Positions 38,334 to 51,989 of a stretch of DNA of 64,000 bases are shown here, piece by piece; position 1 is the first letter of the stretch; each line of letters begins with the position of its first letter. Source of the DNA: Rhizophagus irregularis (taxonomy: Eukaryota); contig NC_089430.1 of NCBI RefSeq assembly GCF_026210795.1, positions 4,526,001 through 4,590,000 on the forward strand, read 5' to 3'. Position numbers and translations under genes: made by a program. The notes below the pieces were generated by a model that saw nothing but the letters and a program-made list of their open reading frames with translations, did not search any database and was not told the DNA's origin.

Positions 38334-41300
38334 CAAACACAGTTGGACAAAAACATCAAGCACAGACGGACAAAAATATCAAGCACAGATGGATAAAAAC
38401 ATAAAGCATGGATGGATAAAAATGTCAAGCATGGTCGGATAAAACCATCAAGCACGTACAGATAAAACCATCAAGCACGTACAGATAAATATCAAGCACG
38501 TACAGATAAACATCAAACACGTACAGATAAAACATCAAGCACGTACAGATAAAACATCAAGCATGTACAGATAAACATCAAGCATGAACAGATAAAAATA
38601 TCAAGCACGTGATAGATAAACATCAAGCATGAACAGATAAAAATATCAAGCACATACAGATAAATATCAAGCACGGGACAGATGAATATCAAGCATGAAC
38701 AGGTAAAATGTCAGGCACAGTGTAACATTTTGTCAATCCATGCTTGATTTTTCACCCGCCCAATGCCTGATAGTTTAGTCCAGCTCGGCTTGCCATACTT
38801 TCCAAGATTTAAATCCATTAAATCAATTAATTTATAAGGAAATGGATGTTCAACTTCAGAAACATCATCAAGTCTTTTCATTTGTTCAGGTGTCAATCTA
38901 AAAAAAAAAAAATTATTTTTAATAAATTAATTTTTTTTAAGAAAAAAAAAAATTCTTTTTTATTTAAATAGATGCACTTACTTAAATTCAAGTGCTTTAA
39001 GATTTTCTTCGAGCTGATTAACTGTTTTAGCACCAATTAAAGGAGAAGTAATACCAGGTTTTTGCATGGTCCAATTCAAAGTAACCTACGTATTATATAT
39101 ATATTACATTATCAGTTTATAAAGAAAGTAAATCTTGTAGTATTATATAAAGGTTGAATATAAATTATTACTTGAATAGGTGTTCTTCCGATCTCTTCTG
39201 AAATAGCTTTAACTTCATCCAAGATTTTCCAATTTTTTTCAGATATCGAATGTTCTGCGATAAATCTATTACGAAATTCCGATGTTGCTTCTGAATTAAT
39301 ATTTTCCGGTAAGAAACCTGGTTACAAACAAAAAAAAGTTGTAAATATATATTTAATGTATAAGAAAGAAAGAAAAAAAAAGAGTATCAATGGTTAATTA
39401 CCCTTCTGCGACAACACCCCATGGAATGATTCCAACCTAAAATATTATTTTTTTTATTATGAAAAAAAAAAATATTTATTTTGTTTCTTTTTACAGTATT
39501 GGCAAACGCTTATAATACATACACCATGTCCAGCACAGGCAAGCTGTAGGTCGGTTTCCATCGTTCGCTCCAACAAATTATAACGCGTTTGAAGTCCAAT
39601 GAAAGGGCTAAATATAGTTAATAGATATGTGTTAACCTAAAAGCTTTCAGCAATAGTGTTAGAACGAGAGAGTGCCCAAGCTGGCATATCGCTTATGGCA
39701 TAAACGATCCGATGTCGTAATTGCAACAAAATTTTCTGGTGTTGAATTTTTTCTATTATGTAACATCGTTTAATTTTTTGATTTTAAATAATTTTCTAAA
39801 TTATTTTATTTTATTTTATAGCTAATGTAACCAATATGCAAAAGGATAAGAGGTACATTCCGAATTCTGGTAAGTTGATACTAAACTAATCGTTGTTATA
39901 TTAGTTGATGATAATGATCGAAAATACTTATAAATATATATATCAATATATTTAGGAGGAAATCATCGAAAAAGTCTTGTGGAAAATTTGGATGCAAGTT
40001 TAAAAAGATTGAATATGAGTTATGTTGATATCTCGTTCATTTCTATGAATAATTGAAGAATTTATGAGATCATTAGATGATGTCATTCGAAGTGGAAAAG
40101 TAAGTCTAATTATAATTTAAACAAATTTGATATATATATATATATATTTCTAAAATATTATTAAAATAAAAAAAATAGGTTTTGTATGCCAACGTTCACT
40201 CTAAATTGATTTTTAATTATTATTTAAATATTTATCAGCTAAAAAAAAAAAAAATTTTTTTAAAGCAAAAAGTAATATTTGAGCAGATGATCATACTTAC
40301 TTCACCCATGTTATAATTGCAAGCGGTGTCTAAAAGTAATATACATTATGATTGTTAAAGTATCTTCTAACGTAGAATAACTGCATAAATAATTTATTTA
40401 CCAAAGAAGTTTCCACCTTTTTCATAATAAAGGTCAAAAACTTTTTTCGATTCTTCATAGTCCCTATTTGTATATTTATATGTTATATTATTTTGTTAGG
40501 TTTTTTTTCTAACAAATGAACTTACCCATGTTTCTCCGAAAGTCTTTTCATATGTTAGATCAAAACAGATCATCATAGAAATTAAATTAAAAATTAAGGA
40601 ATTTCCTATAATTAACGTCATAATTTTGGCCAAAGCGCCAAGACATAATGGAGAAACTCTTAATCCACTAGGGTCCAATAAAACATAATCATCAAGAGCA
40701 CTGATGGGTTTGGTGGGAGATGAAGTGTCTTTAGACATTTTATCAAAAAAACGAATATTTTGATAAATTTCATTTTACTTTGACACTTGGTGCTTATTTA
40801 TATAGTATGTGTCTACCCTTTTGCTGCTTTGCTATAAAATTTGTCATTGTTAAAATGAATTCACCTCAGCCAGGGTTCACAAAGAATGTGATGTTGTATA
40901 ATTTTTTGTTGCATAATTTATTAAAATCTGGGATAATGAAGACCCGAAATATACATAAAAGGAAAGGTCTCGGAATTTTATGAGATAATGCCGATATTTC
41001 CTTTTCGGTTAATTCCAGCTGGCATTAAGTAATTCCGGCCCTCAATGCTCATAGGCGTCTTGTCTTATCGATCCTTGTTAAATTTCGATCCATAAATATT
41101 ATGAAAACAGCCTTAATATAGTTTAGTAAAACTATAAATACGTACTTTAAAAAACAATTCCCAACCCGTATCCCCGTATGACATAATTTTAATTAAATGA
41201 TAAATAAATGTTCTTTATTACGTAAACAAACCATTCTATTACATAGTAAAATGGGCGAAGTTTATGTTATATCGATTAATGTTGCACAAAATTGGTTAAT

Positions 41301-41660
41301 ATGAAAATGATCTGCATATGAAATTTTTCCGGTGACTGATATAAAAAAATTTTTAGTCGATAATATTTTTTTCCAATATGATGATGTTTTAAAGAACAAA
41401 GCGTAAATTTATAATGAAAGAGTGCAATTTTTGTAATGTTCAAGAAAAATATTGAGAAAAAATATATAACTACTGAAAAAACTTAATAAATTTACAATCG
41501 TTTTTAATAAATCTCGATATAGTAGTGGTATGGCGTAATATTTTGTTACACCTAATTGCTAATTTAATCAAAGTTAATCAAATGCCGATCACGAAACTGA
41601 ACCTTCTTTTTCTACTATACAAATTTCTTAGTTTATAAAAAGATAATATAAGATTGCATC

Positions 41661-43610
41661 ATGTCTAATATTCGAGAAGAAGTAGTCCAGGCAGCAATTA
41701 ATAGAGCATTTGCATTAATAGATGCTACTATTCATGATGATATACATAAAGATTTTGAATTTCAAAAACAAACACTTCTTGCTGATAAATTTCTTACAGA
41801 AGATGAAAAAACTGAGGCAATAAAAGCAATAACTGAAACTTATGATAGTGCTAAAGTTCTTGAAAATTCAGGAACAGAAAGAATTTGTGATAATTGTAAT
41901 CAAGAATGTTTGGCTACATTATTTTGTGAATATTGTATTCGAAATTATTTAAAAGCAAATTTTTCAAATTGGACGTCTGGAAATGATAATATTGATAATT
42001 TAATACAAAAATGTCAATTGGAAACACTTCATCCACGGATGATAATCGAATGGATTCCATATAATAATTTGCAAAATATTAGTTACCTAACGGAAGGTGG
42101 ATTCTCTAAAATTTATAAAGCAGATTGGATTGACGGAGGCTATGATGAATGGGATTCTAAGAAACAACAATTAAAAAGATTTGGAGAACAAGAAGTAATA
42201 CTTAAAAAACTAGAAAACATTGAAAATGCAAATAATAGTTGGTTTGAAGAGGTTTGTATTTCAAAAGTGTATAATTAGAAGTCCTTAATATAAAAATTTT
42301 TAAAAAATTGTTTTTTTATAGGCTAAATCACATTTAACTATGAGCAATAAATGGCCACGTATTGTTAGCTGTTATGGCCTAACACAAGATCCATCAAATG
42401 GAAATTTCATGCTTGTATTAAATGAATTGGATGTAAATTTAAGAGAATATTTACAACAAAATCATAATCAACTTACATGGGAAGAAAGAATTCAAATTAC
42501 TGTTAATATAATTTATGCACTTGACGATATTCATAGGGAGGATGCAATTCATAGAGATTTACATTCTGGAAATATATTGCATTCAGAGAGAGACCAGGAT
42601 TGGTATATTAGTGATTTGGGATTTTGTGGCCCTGCAGATAAACCATTAAAAAGTATATATGGAAATCTTCCTTACATAGCACCTGAGGTTGTTGCTGGAA
42701 AACAGACTACAAAAGCATCTGATATTTATAGTTTTGCTATGCTTATGTGGGAAATTTCATCTGGACAACCACCATTTCTTAATTGCAAACATGATTATGA
42801 TCTTATATTGAATATTATTAATGGTATAAGACCAAGAATAATATCAGGAACCCCTTTAGAATATGAAAGTTTAATGAACCAATGTTGGGATGCTGATCCA
42901 TTAAAAAGACCTGATGCTTATACACTGTGGGAAAAAATAAATGCAATTAATTTATATCATCAAAAAAAATCAAATGAGCCAACTCAATTGGAAATAAATA
43001 AAAATTTTGAAATAAATAAAACAAGTAGTTTTAAAACAAACTATACAAGTAGCATATTATCTGCAAGTAAAGTTCATCAATTTGGATTTTTTTCTGAACC
43101 GAAAAATGCAACAGAAGGTATTAATTATCATATACTTATCATTATTTATGAAATTTAATATTGTAAAATTTATATTTTTTCAAAATTCTCAATTATAACA
43201 ATAGAAGAAAAAGAAGATATGAATGACAATTTTTATTTGAAAGTTATTTACTTATAATACCTAATGTTTTTATTTCTTTGTAGCATATTATAGTAAATCA
43301 TATGATGTCTTTCAAATTCCTGATAATAGTAAGTGTCTATTATGATATGATATTCATTAATCATTTTACTAATTGAATTTTGCTTTATAGTTGATGATTT
43401 TAATAGTAAAGAAGCTCAAATGGATAATAAAATTGAAACAATGCAACAACAGACTAAGAATATCAATCTTGAAGGTATTTACATATTAAATCATATCAAT
43501 TCAATAATATCATAATTTCTAATTCATTTATCTTACAGACTAAAATGGAATACTTAATAATCCAAATCTTCATTCAGAAGAACAAGATGAATCGGAAATT
43601 CCTGATAGTA
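41661..43610 (+). CDS. TKL protein kinase (helical plus Cys-rich N-terminus subfamily); catalytic exons intact, tail exons possibly damaged
   Basis: ORFs 41661..42278 and 42340..43158 are joined by intron 42252-42321, with GGFSKIY, HRDLHSGN, DLG and APE motifs. The tail has a non-GT donor at ~43217 and a TAA at ~43541 before NPNLHSEEQDESEIPD. Confidence 0.85.
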
Positions 43611-44067
43611 TTTAATATTTTATAGATTTTGGTTTCTTTGAATTTATTTTATATTTTTATATTTTTTTCTGAATAGTTTAAACACTGAGATTAGAGTAGT
43701 AAGATAAAATACTTAGCAATGTTTTTTTAGTTTGTAATTTAAATTATTCATTCAATTTAGTTATCATATAAATTAACTTTAATTTTGAATTTTATAAGTA
43801 CTGCATAAAGAAATAAATTTATTTAAAGTCAATTCAGTAGTCTATAATATGTTCTTTTAACATAAATATAAATTGTTTGATGAAATTGACTAATCTGTTT
43901 CAATTCAATGTCTAAAATCTATGATTCATAATGATATGTACTAATATAAATTTTTACAATGAGCTCTTAAATTTATTATATAATAAGCCTTTCCATATTG
44001 CAAACTTAACACAGAATATCAATTGCCCTATACAAACACCCAGAAATGGCGTTGCTTTTATATTTTA

Positions 44068-44775
44068 CAAAAGATGATCTTTGTGAGATGGGTAAAAGGT
44101 TAATTTTTTGCAATTTTAATTAAAATTTCTCCTATATTTACTTTTTATATTGATGTCTTATTAAAAAGTTACTACTTATAATAGTAATTTCAATCGTGTG
44201 AAATAATAATATAGTGTGATCTGGGTCTGGCTCATTTCCACTTACCTAACCTTATCCTAACTCTAATCTTATCCCTAGTTCCTTACCTAACAATCCTAAT
44301 TTTTTTAACTCTAATTCTAAATTCCCTTGTCAGTGAGATGAAACATTTGTTTGTAAAATGATCCTGTCAGTGTAATGTCTGTCGGTGAGATAATTGTCAG
44401 TAAAATGATTATTGGTAACCATGATCTAATAAATATATAATGGTTTATTTAAGAAGTAATTTCGTTCATATATTAATAATATTATTGTAAGATTTGATTT
44501 CATTGCGTGATACAGAGTTGTTTATAACCAAATGGAAATACCAAATAACATTCATTTGTAATTTATCACAATTCACAACACTAGTTTAATTCGATTTTAA
44601 CAAAAATCAGAAATATTTTTTGGCAGTTCAAAAAGTGTATATTTGTTTGTTGACGTATTTCAACATCACCAACTGTTTATTCACTCCCATTACGAACTGT
44701 TTGATACAAGTTAAAGTGGACTTCAAATAATGGTTTTCAATTTTCTTATTCAAAAAGTTATTTCTTTTTGTTGGC
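44068..44775 (+). repeat. Second copy of the 31089-31805 block
   Basis: Colinear high similarity; 45040-45125 also matches 33377-33455. Confidence 0.85.
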
Positions 44776-45259
44776 TACGGTGACGACAACCCATAAAATA
44801 AAGAAAGTAATGTTAAGCTATTTCACTACTAATTCTACTATATAAATGAGTTACAGTACAAAGATTGAAGAATATCATATAATTTATAATTCTTTATTTT
44901 AAGATATCTGTTATATAAAAAAAATTATTATTACACAAAGACATAAAACGATTAATGTGTCAATTCACTATGAAAATTAATAATTTCAAAAAATATTGTT
45001 TATGGATATTTTATTATTTTAAGCAAGTTGAGAAATAGATTATTGAACAAACTAGAAGTGAGAATAATAACAATAGAATTAAAGCAAGGAATAAAAATGA
45101 TCATTATGATTATGAAGCTATGAAAGTAAAATTTTCCTTTAAATTATTTTAAAAGTATATAAAACATTTATAAATAAAATCCACATAGTTCTTAGTATAA
45201 CCATAATATAAATAAATAAAAAAACAATATTTGGTATAAAATTTTGAATTTGATTCACT

Positions 45260-46852
45260 TAGTTATCAACATCATCATCTATTATTTAAAAAATTATTAG
45301 TTTATTTTAACATCATAAAAATAGATAAGGTAATAAGTTATATTCACCTCTTAATTTTAATGAGTTAGAAATATCCAAATCAACTAATTGAGAATCTTGA
45401 CAACCTATTATAGTAAATAAAATTAGCCATTATCTTAATTATTTTATAAAATTTAAAAATTAGCATTACCTTCATTATCTTCATTAAGATATGTAGTAAC
45501 AATAAAAGATGAATTAATGGGTTTTGATAAATTTTTAAATGTAAATGCTCTACTAGTATATATAGCATCAGATTTTTTTTCATATGAGGTAGAAATATTT
45601 GGTATTTCTTTATTAGCTTCTTTAAATACAGCTCTAACTTCTTCTCCTTCATCATTATTCGTATAAAACAAATAATTATACCAACATTCTAATATTTTGT
45701 GTAATTCATTGGCTGTTGGTCTTTGATTTGGATTAGCATTCATACATCTATGAGCTAATTTCTTATAAATTTCGGGAGTTCCTTTTCCAAATTCTGGTCT
45801 GAGTCCATTACATATTTCTAATGCTAAGCTATTATCATGTTTTCTTTTATGAAAAGGTGGTTTTCCAGATGATAATTCAGCCATAACTACACCAAAACTA
45901 TAAATATCTAAGGATAATGTATATGGTTCTCCATTTAAAACTTCTGGAGCAATATATGGCAACACACCATATATTTTATTATCTAATTTTTGTTCATTTA
46001 ACGCTCCAGATAATCCAAAATCTGATATGTAAGAATTTGTATCAATATTTAATATATTTCCACTATGGAAATCTTTATGAAATATCCTAATTTATGTAAA
46101 TTATTACGGTCATCTACTGAATTCATTAAATAAATAATTTTTTCAATCCAATAAATGTTGTTAAAATTACTTGATAAAACATTTTTCAAATTTCCATCAT
46201 CTGCATATTGCATAACCATTATAATTTCTTTTGTTTCTGGTCTTTAGTTATTCCATAAAATTTTAAAGAACTATCTTGTAAGCAATTTAATTTCCAATGT
46301 GTTTTAAGCTATTATTCAAAATTAAAATAAAATAAATTTTTTAATAGTTTAAATATAAAGTATATGTGAAAAAAAATACCTCATTTAAAAAATCAGCTGA
46401 CACATTCTGTGATCCATTTAATCTTTTTAAAACAACTTTTATGGATTTAGGTTCACATTTTATCCAATTTCCGTCATCTTGTTTAATGTATTTTGATATA
46501 CCATCAACCCAAGTTGCAGAATACACTTTTGCAAATCCACCTTCACCTATTTGTTTAATACCTTTAAATCTATCAAATGGAACCCATTCAAGATATGATG
46601 GATAATATACACCACCACCAATATATTCCTCATGTGCATCATAAATCGTATCCTTGATAAAATCATTAATATCATCATTTCCACTGGTCCATCCTTCAAT
46701 TACGCAACGAGGAACGCATTCTTTACACCAAAATTTTTATTATTTGGATCATAACAATTTTCATGATTAATTTCTACTGAATAAGAATCTTTATTGAAAA
46801 TATTTAATTTATCAAATTCAGATACTAATTGATTTTCATTAATAAAGCTCAT
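45260..46852 (-). pseudogene. TKL kinase pseudogene
   Basis: MSFINENQL start, WTSGNDDINDFI, GEGGFAKVY, HKDFHSGN, DFG and APE motifs; several frameshifts (~46740, ~46610, ~46245, ~46085). Confidence 0.88.
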
Positions 46853-47308
46853 TTTTATAATATAAATTCTTTTAGAAGTAAGTTTATGTGAAAAAAAATT
46901 CCACGGTTAACGATAACATGTAGTAACATGTAGTGTATGGATACCAGGGTATGCAAAATTTCTCCATACAGATCTACATTGTTTATTACCAAATAAAGAA
47001 AGGCCTAGACCGTTCTATTCTGTACCACGTTTGGTCACGTGTTCCTTTTGTTCGTGATGTTTAACCATACCCTACAGAGTTTGCACAAACTAACTTGTAG
47101 ATCCTTCCTTTTTGGATAATACAGGCGGCATTATGTAATTCTGGTTTGAAGAGATTCGTAGAGCTAGTTGTTGCCTATATATATACAATAACTAAAGACG
47201 CTAGAGTTTACTTTAAAAAATTCGCCTGTTAATTTATTGATGAAAATAGGAAGTTTAATTTGTTACGTTAACTTCCGAAAAAAATTATCTAGAATATAGT
47301 GTCTCATT

Positions 47309-48026
47309 TAGTGCTTCGATCCGTTTCTAGTCCATCCGGATGAATCCGGATGAATCCAGATTTTTTTTTCATCCGGATATCCGGTTTTGATCCGGATTTT
47401 GATCCGGATGAAAAATATCTGGATTCATCCGGAATCCGGATAGAAAAAAAAAATTTTTTCTAATATTTTTTATAGATTTTGTAATAAATAAATAGTCTAT
47501 TAGTTTCGCAACTGATAAATAATTTGTAATATATAAATTTTGTCATGAACAACAATAAATTGATGATTAGTAAAAAATTATTTATTTATTATTAATTTAT
47601 TTAATATAATTAAAGTGAAAATTATTTTTACATTTTTATTAATCTTATTAAGTAAAATCATAATTTAAGAAGCGATATTGTTTTTTAAGCCTAATTTTAT
47701 CAAAATTTGAATAAAATTTGTAACTCAGGCCAAATTAATAGTGCCGGCCCGAATTACGATAAAATAAGCTAATTCAAATTCAATAATCAAATCAGAAAAA
47801 AGGCTACAAAATTTAAAAAAACCTACCAAATTGTATTAATAAGTACCATTATCTCTAATATGGATCGTCATATGCAATCTAAAAAATTTTATATATGAAA
47901 TCTGATCCGGATTCCGGATTTCACCCGGATTTCTGACCCAGATTTCAATCCGGATCAAACCGGATATAATCCGGATTTTTTTTTTGTGTAATCTGGATGA
48001 CGGATTTCATCCGGATCAAAGCACTA
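47309..48026. mobile_element. hAT MITE, 718 bp, 8-bp TSD GTCTCATT
   Basis: GTCTCATT|TAGTGCTTCGATCCG...CGGATCAAAGCACTA|GTCTCATT; clusters of ATCCGGAT repeats at both ends. Confidence 0.95.
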
Positions 48027-48229
48027 GTCTCATTCACTCACTCACTCAATATGCAACTTGAAACATGGACCATACAATACAAACTAATTCTTTTTTATTT
48101 TGTAAGCAATAGCGTAGCGTGAATTAGTTATATTATTACTATAAAAATCAATGAATGTTTGTTATAAAATCGTAATGAATTTTCAATAATTTTTTCTTTT
48201 TGATCGAAATAATCTAAAAATCATTTCAA

Positions 48230-49100
48230 ATTTAAACATTTTTAATAAACTTAGATTTTAATTTCCATAAAAACCTGACTTCAACAAAAATTCTATAATT
48301 TTAGGTTTCTCACTATTTTAAGTTATCAAAAGCTCAAATAAATTATGAACTTGTATTATAAATACATTTTTAAATTATTTAAATTATCAAAATTTAAAAT
48401 TCCATATTAATCAATACATTTTGCTCTATTACTTTGAATATACAGTTCGTAACTTGTTTAATATCATAAGATTATCATAAATTATCACAACAATACTTCC
48501 CTGGAGCTTAAATTTCAATTTCGTGATTGATTGATTATTCAAGTTGACATTTCTTTGATGATATTAACATAATTGATATTTTAGAAATTTATTTTGGTCG
48601 ATTTTTGATTTTACGTACATATTTAGTTGTTGGTAGATTACACACGGATTTTATTTTCAAATTAAATATTTTTGTAAATAATCAACTAATTCTTGAAGTT
48701 GAAGTTGATCAGCAGTAGCCAATAATTCCAAATTTTCTGATCATTCAAAGAAAGAATACCACCATAAATATACTTACAATATACAATAAAAAAAAAAGGT
48801 TAAATGAATAGAAATTAAAAAATGATGATACATTAAATTAAATTTATTAAAATTCTTACGTTAAAATTATTTGAAAAATTTCTGGTGATATTAATCTAAT
48901 ATGAGTTAAGATATTATCATTATTTTTTTTATTTGTGCTATTGTTCTTCTTAAATATGGAGAACGATAACATAATATATTTGTATGTGCCCGAAATATTT
49001 TACGTTAGGATCTTCTTTCAATTGTAATATCATAATATTCATCATCTTTTAATAATTCAATAAGATTTTGACTTAATTTCGAAAAAAATTGAGTAGACAT
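48230..49100 (-). pseudogene. BTB/POZ-domain protein pseudogene
   Basis: MSTQFFSKLSQNLIELLKDDEYYDITIE..DPNV..FRAHTNILCYRSPYLRR..ISPEIFQIIL|YIYGGILSL..ATADQLQLQELVDYLQ, with frameshifts and deletions. Lower boundary is approximate. Confidence 0.85.
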
Positions 49101-49795
49101 TTTTTTTTTTATGCCATAAATAAATAACAATTTATATGCTAATGTGGTGTAACCGTTAATTGCTAACTTATTCATCACGCAGCAGACCCGCACAAAATAA
49201 ATTCCTCTTTTGGATGTGAAATTTTTTTTTTAATGCATCACTATATACATTTTTATATAATGATTTAATAAAGTATATTGTTAATTTTATAAAAACCTAC
49301 ACCAACGAATATTAATTATCAGAAAAAAATGGACATAAAAACTTAGTTGATTCGAATAGTACCATAAACAACATTTTTCTTTTTAAGACAAATATTAATA
49401 AACAAAAATTAGTGACTTGTACCAAAATCAAAGAAATACAATGAGTATAATAACGAACAAAAATGAATAATAAAATAAATATAACGTTTCAATTTATTAT
49501 ATACACCTATTAAAGTTTTTTTTTTTGTTACGCTTTAAAAAAAAATTCTTTTCAGTTATCAATTTCACTCACGTGATTAAGAATTCATATGTTCTTGCCC
49601 ATCGTCTAAAAGCCATGTTCGTTCACGTGATCATAAGCCAATCAGAATGTCTGGCTATTTATAGTGATCAATGTACAATCGGTACATCCCGTAATCGAAC
49701 ACGGTCCCTTTACGGAAATTTTTGAAACTCACTCCAGAATTTAATAGACCTTTTTCCCGTTCATCCTTTCATGTTTTAAATTTTATCACAGTATT

Positions 49796-51885
49796 ATGGC
49801 TACTATTCGAGAAGAAATAATTTCAGCTACAATTAATAGAGTATATGCATTAACAGATTTTAATATCCATAATAGTTTAGAAAAACAACATGAATATAGA
49901 ATGCAAACAGTTCTTGCTGACGGATCTCTTACAAAGGATGAAAAATCAATGGTAGTAAAAATACTAAATGAAGGATTTGATTATTTTAAAATTCTTTTAA
50001 ATGAAGGTAAAAAAAGAATTTGTGAAAATTGTCATTATGAATGTTTAGCTACATTATATTGTGAACACTGTATTCGAAATTATTTAAAAGAAAATTTTTC
50101 AAACTGGACATCTGGAAATAATGATATTAATAATTTAATAAAACAATGTCAAATAAAGCACTTAGTCCATATAATATAGTAGAATGGATACCATATAATA
50201 ATTTACAAAATATTAAATATTTAACCAAGGGTGGATGTTCTGAAATATATACAGCAGATTGGATTGATGGATGTTACGAAGAGTGGAATCCAAAAGAAAA
50301 ACAATTAAAACGAGATGGATGGACAAGTGTAGTGCTCAAAAAATTAGAAAATGTTGAACGTGCTAATAAAAGTTGGCTTGAGAAGGTATATACAATAATT
50401 AAAATTATTTTTTAAAAAAATTTAATTGCAATTTCTTTTAATTTTTGTAGGGTATATCTCATTTACACATATGTAGCAAAGGTACTCTTATAGTGCAATG
50501 TTTTGGTTTAACTCAAAATCCATTTAATGGAAATTATATGCTTGTAATTGATTATAAGGATATGAATTTAAGAGAATATCTGCAACAAAATCATAATAAA
50601 CTCACATGGAAAAAAAGAATTCAAATTACTGATTATATAATGCAAGCAGTTTCTATAATTCATGAAGAGAATGCAATTCACAGAGATTTACATTCTGGAA
50701 ATATATTATTTAGTCAAATTAATCAAAAATTTTATGTCAGTGATCTTGGACTTTGTGGACCAGCTAATATACCATTAGATAGTATATATGGTAATCTTTC
50801 ATATATAGCACCTGAAGTCATTGTTGAAAAGAAATATTCTTTTGCATCTGATATTTATAGTATTGGCATACTTATGTGGGAAATCTCATCTGGACCACCA
50901 CCTTTTATTAATAAACATGATTATGATCTTGCAATAAAAATAATAAATGGAATGAGACCAAAAATAATACCAGGCACTCCTTTAGAATATAAAGAATTAA
51001 TGGAACAATGTTGGGATGCTGATGCAACAAAAAGGCCTGATATTTCTGCTCTTTCTGTTAAAATAGCAGAAATCTATAGGTCATATTGTCAAAATGAAAA
51101 TTATGAACAGATAATCAACATTACAAATACTTATAATTCTCTAAATACAAATTTTAATGTAAATTCTAGCTCTACTAATAATTCTTTTTTTGAGAATTCT
51201 AGTAAAGGTTCTAGTAACTGGAATAATAGTAGAGTTTATAGTTTTGAAAATTTACCTGAACCAAGGAATGCAACAAAAGGTATGAATTTTTCTATAGTAT
51301 AATTTTACTTTTTATAATATTAATTATTCATTTTATTTATTTACTTAATAGAAGAACAAGATGGTAATTATTATAACATGGTTAACTGAACTTAATATTA
51401 TTGTTTATGGTTAACTTAATAATAATAATATTTTTTTTATATTAACTTTATTTTTATAGCTTATCATAGTATACAATTTGATTTTAATTTACAAGATGGT
51501 TTGATTATTGGTAGGATTAGCAATTTAATATAAATGAATTTTAGATTTTGATTTTTAATTCTAATTTATATTTAATTTAAAAAAGCAGAAGAAAAATCTA
51601 ATAAAAGAAGTTATTTTAATGGTAATAGATCATTTTTTTAATAATTAATTATAATACTATAAAATATAAATCAAATAACCAATTTTCTTTTTTATTACTA
51701 TAAAATAGATGAAAAAGATTTAACTGTTAACCCTAATAAAAAGGTCAATTCAAATAATAATGAAGGTAGTTATTACTGAAATTTTCATATATTATTTATC
51801 ATTATTAATGTAATAAATTATAATTTTAGAAGTACAATATCATGAAATTGGATACCAATATATGCAAATAAATTATACTACGAGT
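49796..51885 (+). pseudogene. TKL kinase, paralog of the 41661 gene, with a frameshift at ~50155
   Basis: ORFs 49796..50179 and 50146..50415 overlap in different frames within one exon; ORF 50493..51302 has HRDLHSGN, DLG and APE. The 3' end is approximate. Confidence 0.8.
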
Positions 51886-51989
51886 AAGATGGATCTTAAC
51901 TATTTACTAAATTAAAGCAATACATTATTTTTTTTTATAAATTAGTTATTTATTTCAAATTATTTAAACCCTAAGATTAGAGTAACAAT

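Larger units (their letters stand above)
34027..38797. mobile_element. 4.77-kb non-autonomous foldback DNA transposon, ~1.45-kb inverted arms, 6-bp TSD CTTTCC (IS3EU-like termini)
   Basis: CTTTCC|TATGGCAAGCCGAG...CTCGGCTTGCCATA|CTTTCC. Arms ~34027-35490 and ~36945-38797 are reverse complements with subterminal 20-22-bp repeats (ATCAAGCACGTACAGATAAA). Removing the element restores the AKR reading frame. Confidence 0.92.
33943..40738 (-). pseudogene. Aldo-keto reductase (aryl-alcohol dehydrogenase-like), disrupted by an internal inversion and a transposon insertion
   Basis: Motifs SGLRVSPLCLG, GGNF/DTACNY, RSDVVIATK, GNHRKSLVENLDASLKRL, SDMPAW, GLQTRYNLLER, TSPLIGAKTVNQLEENL and LTPEQMKRLD. 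The native C-terminus GKNINIPTRFEPFAAKLTRHNFIKKNI* lies at 34026-33943, beyond the insertion. Confidence 0.9.

Noticed and set aside
37997..38455. Four overlapping ORFs on both strands
   Set aside because: They arise from the palindromic MITE and subterminal repeats.
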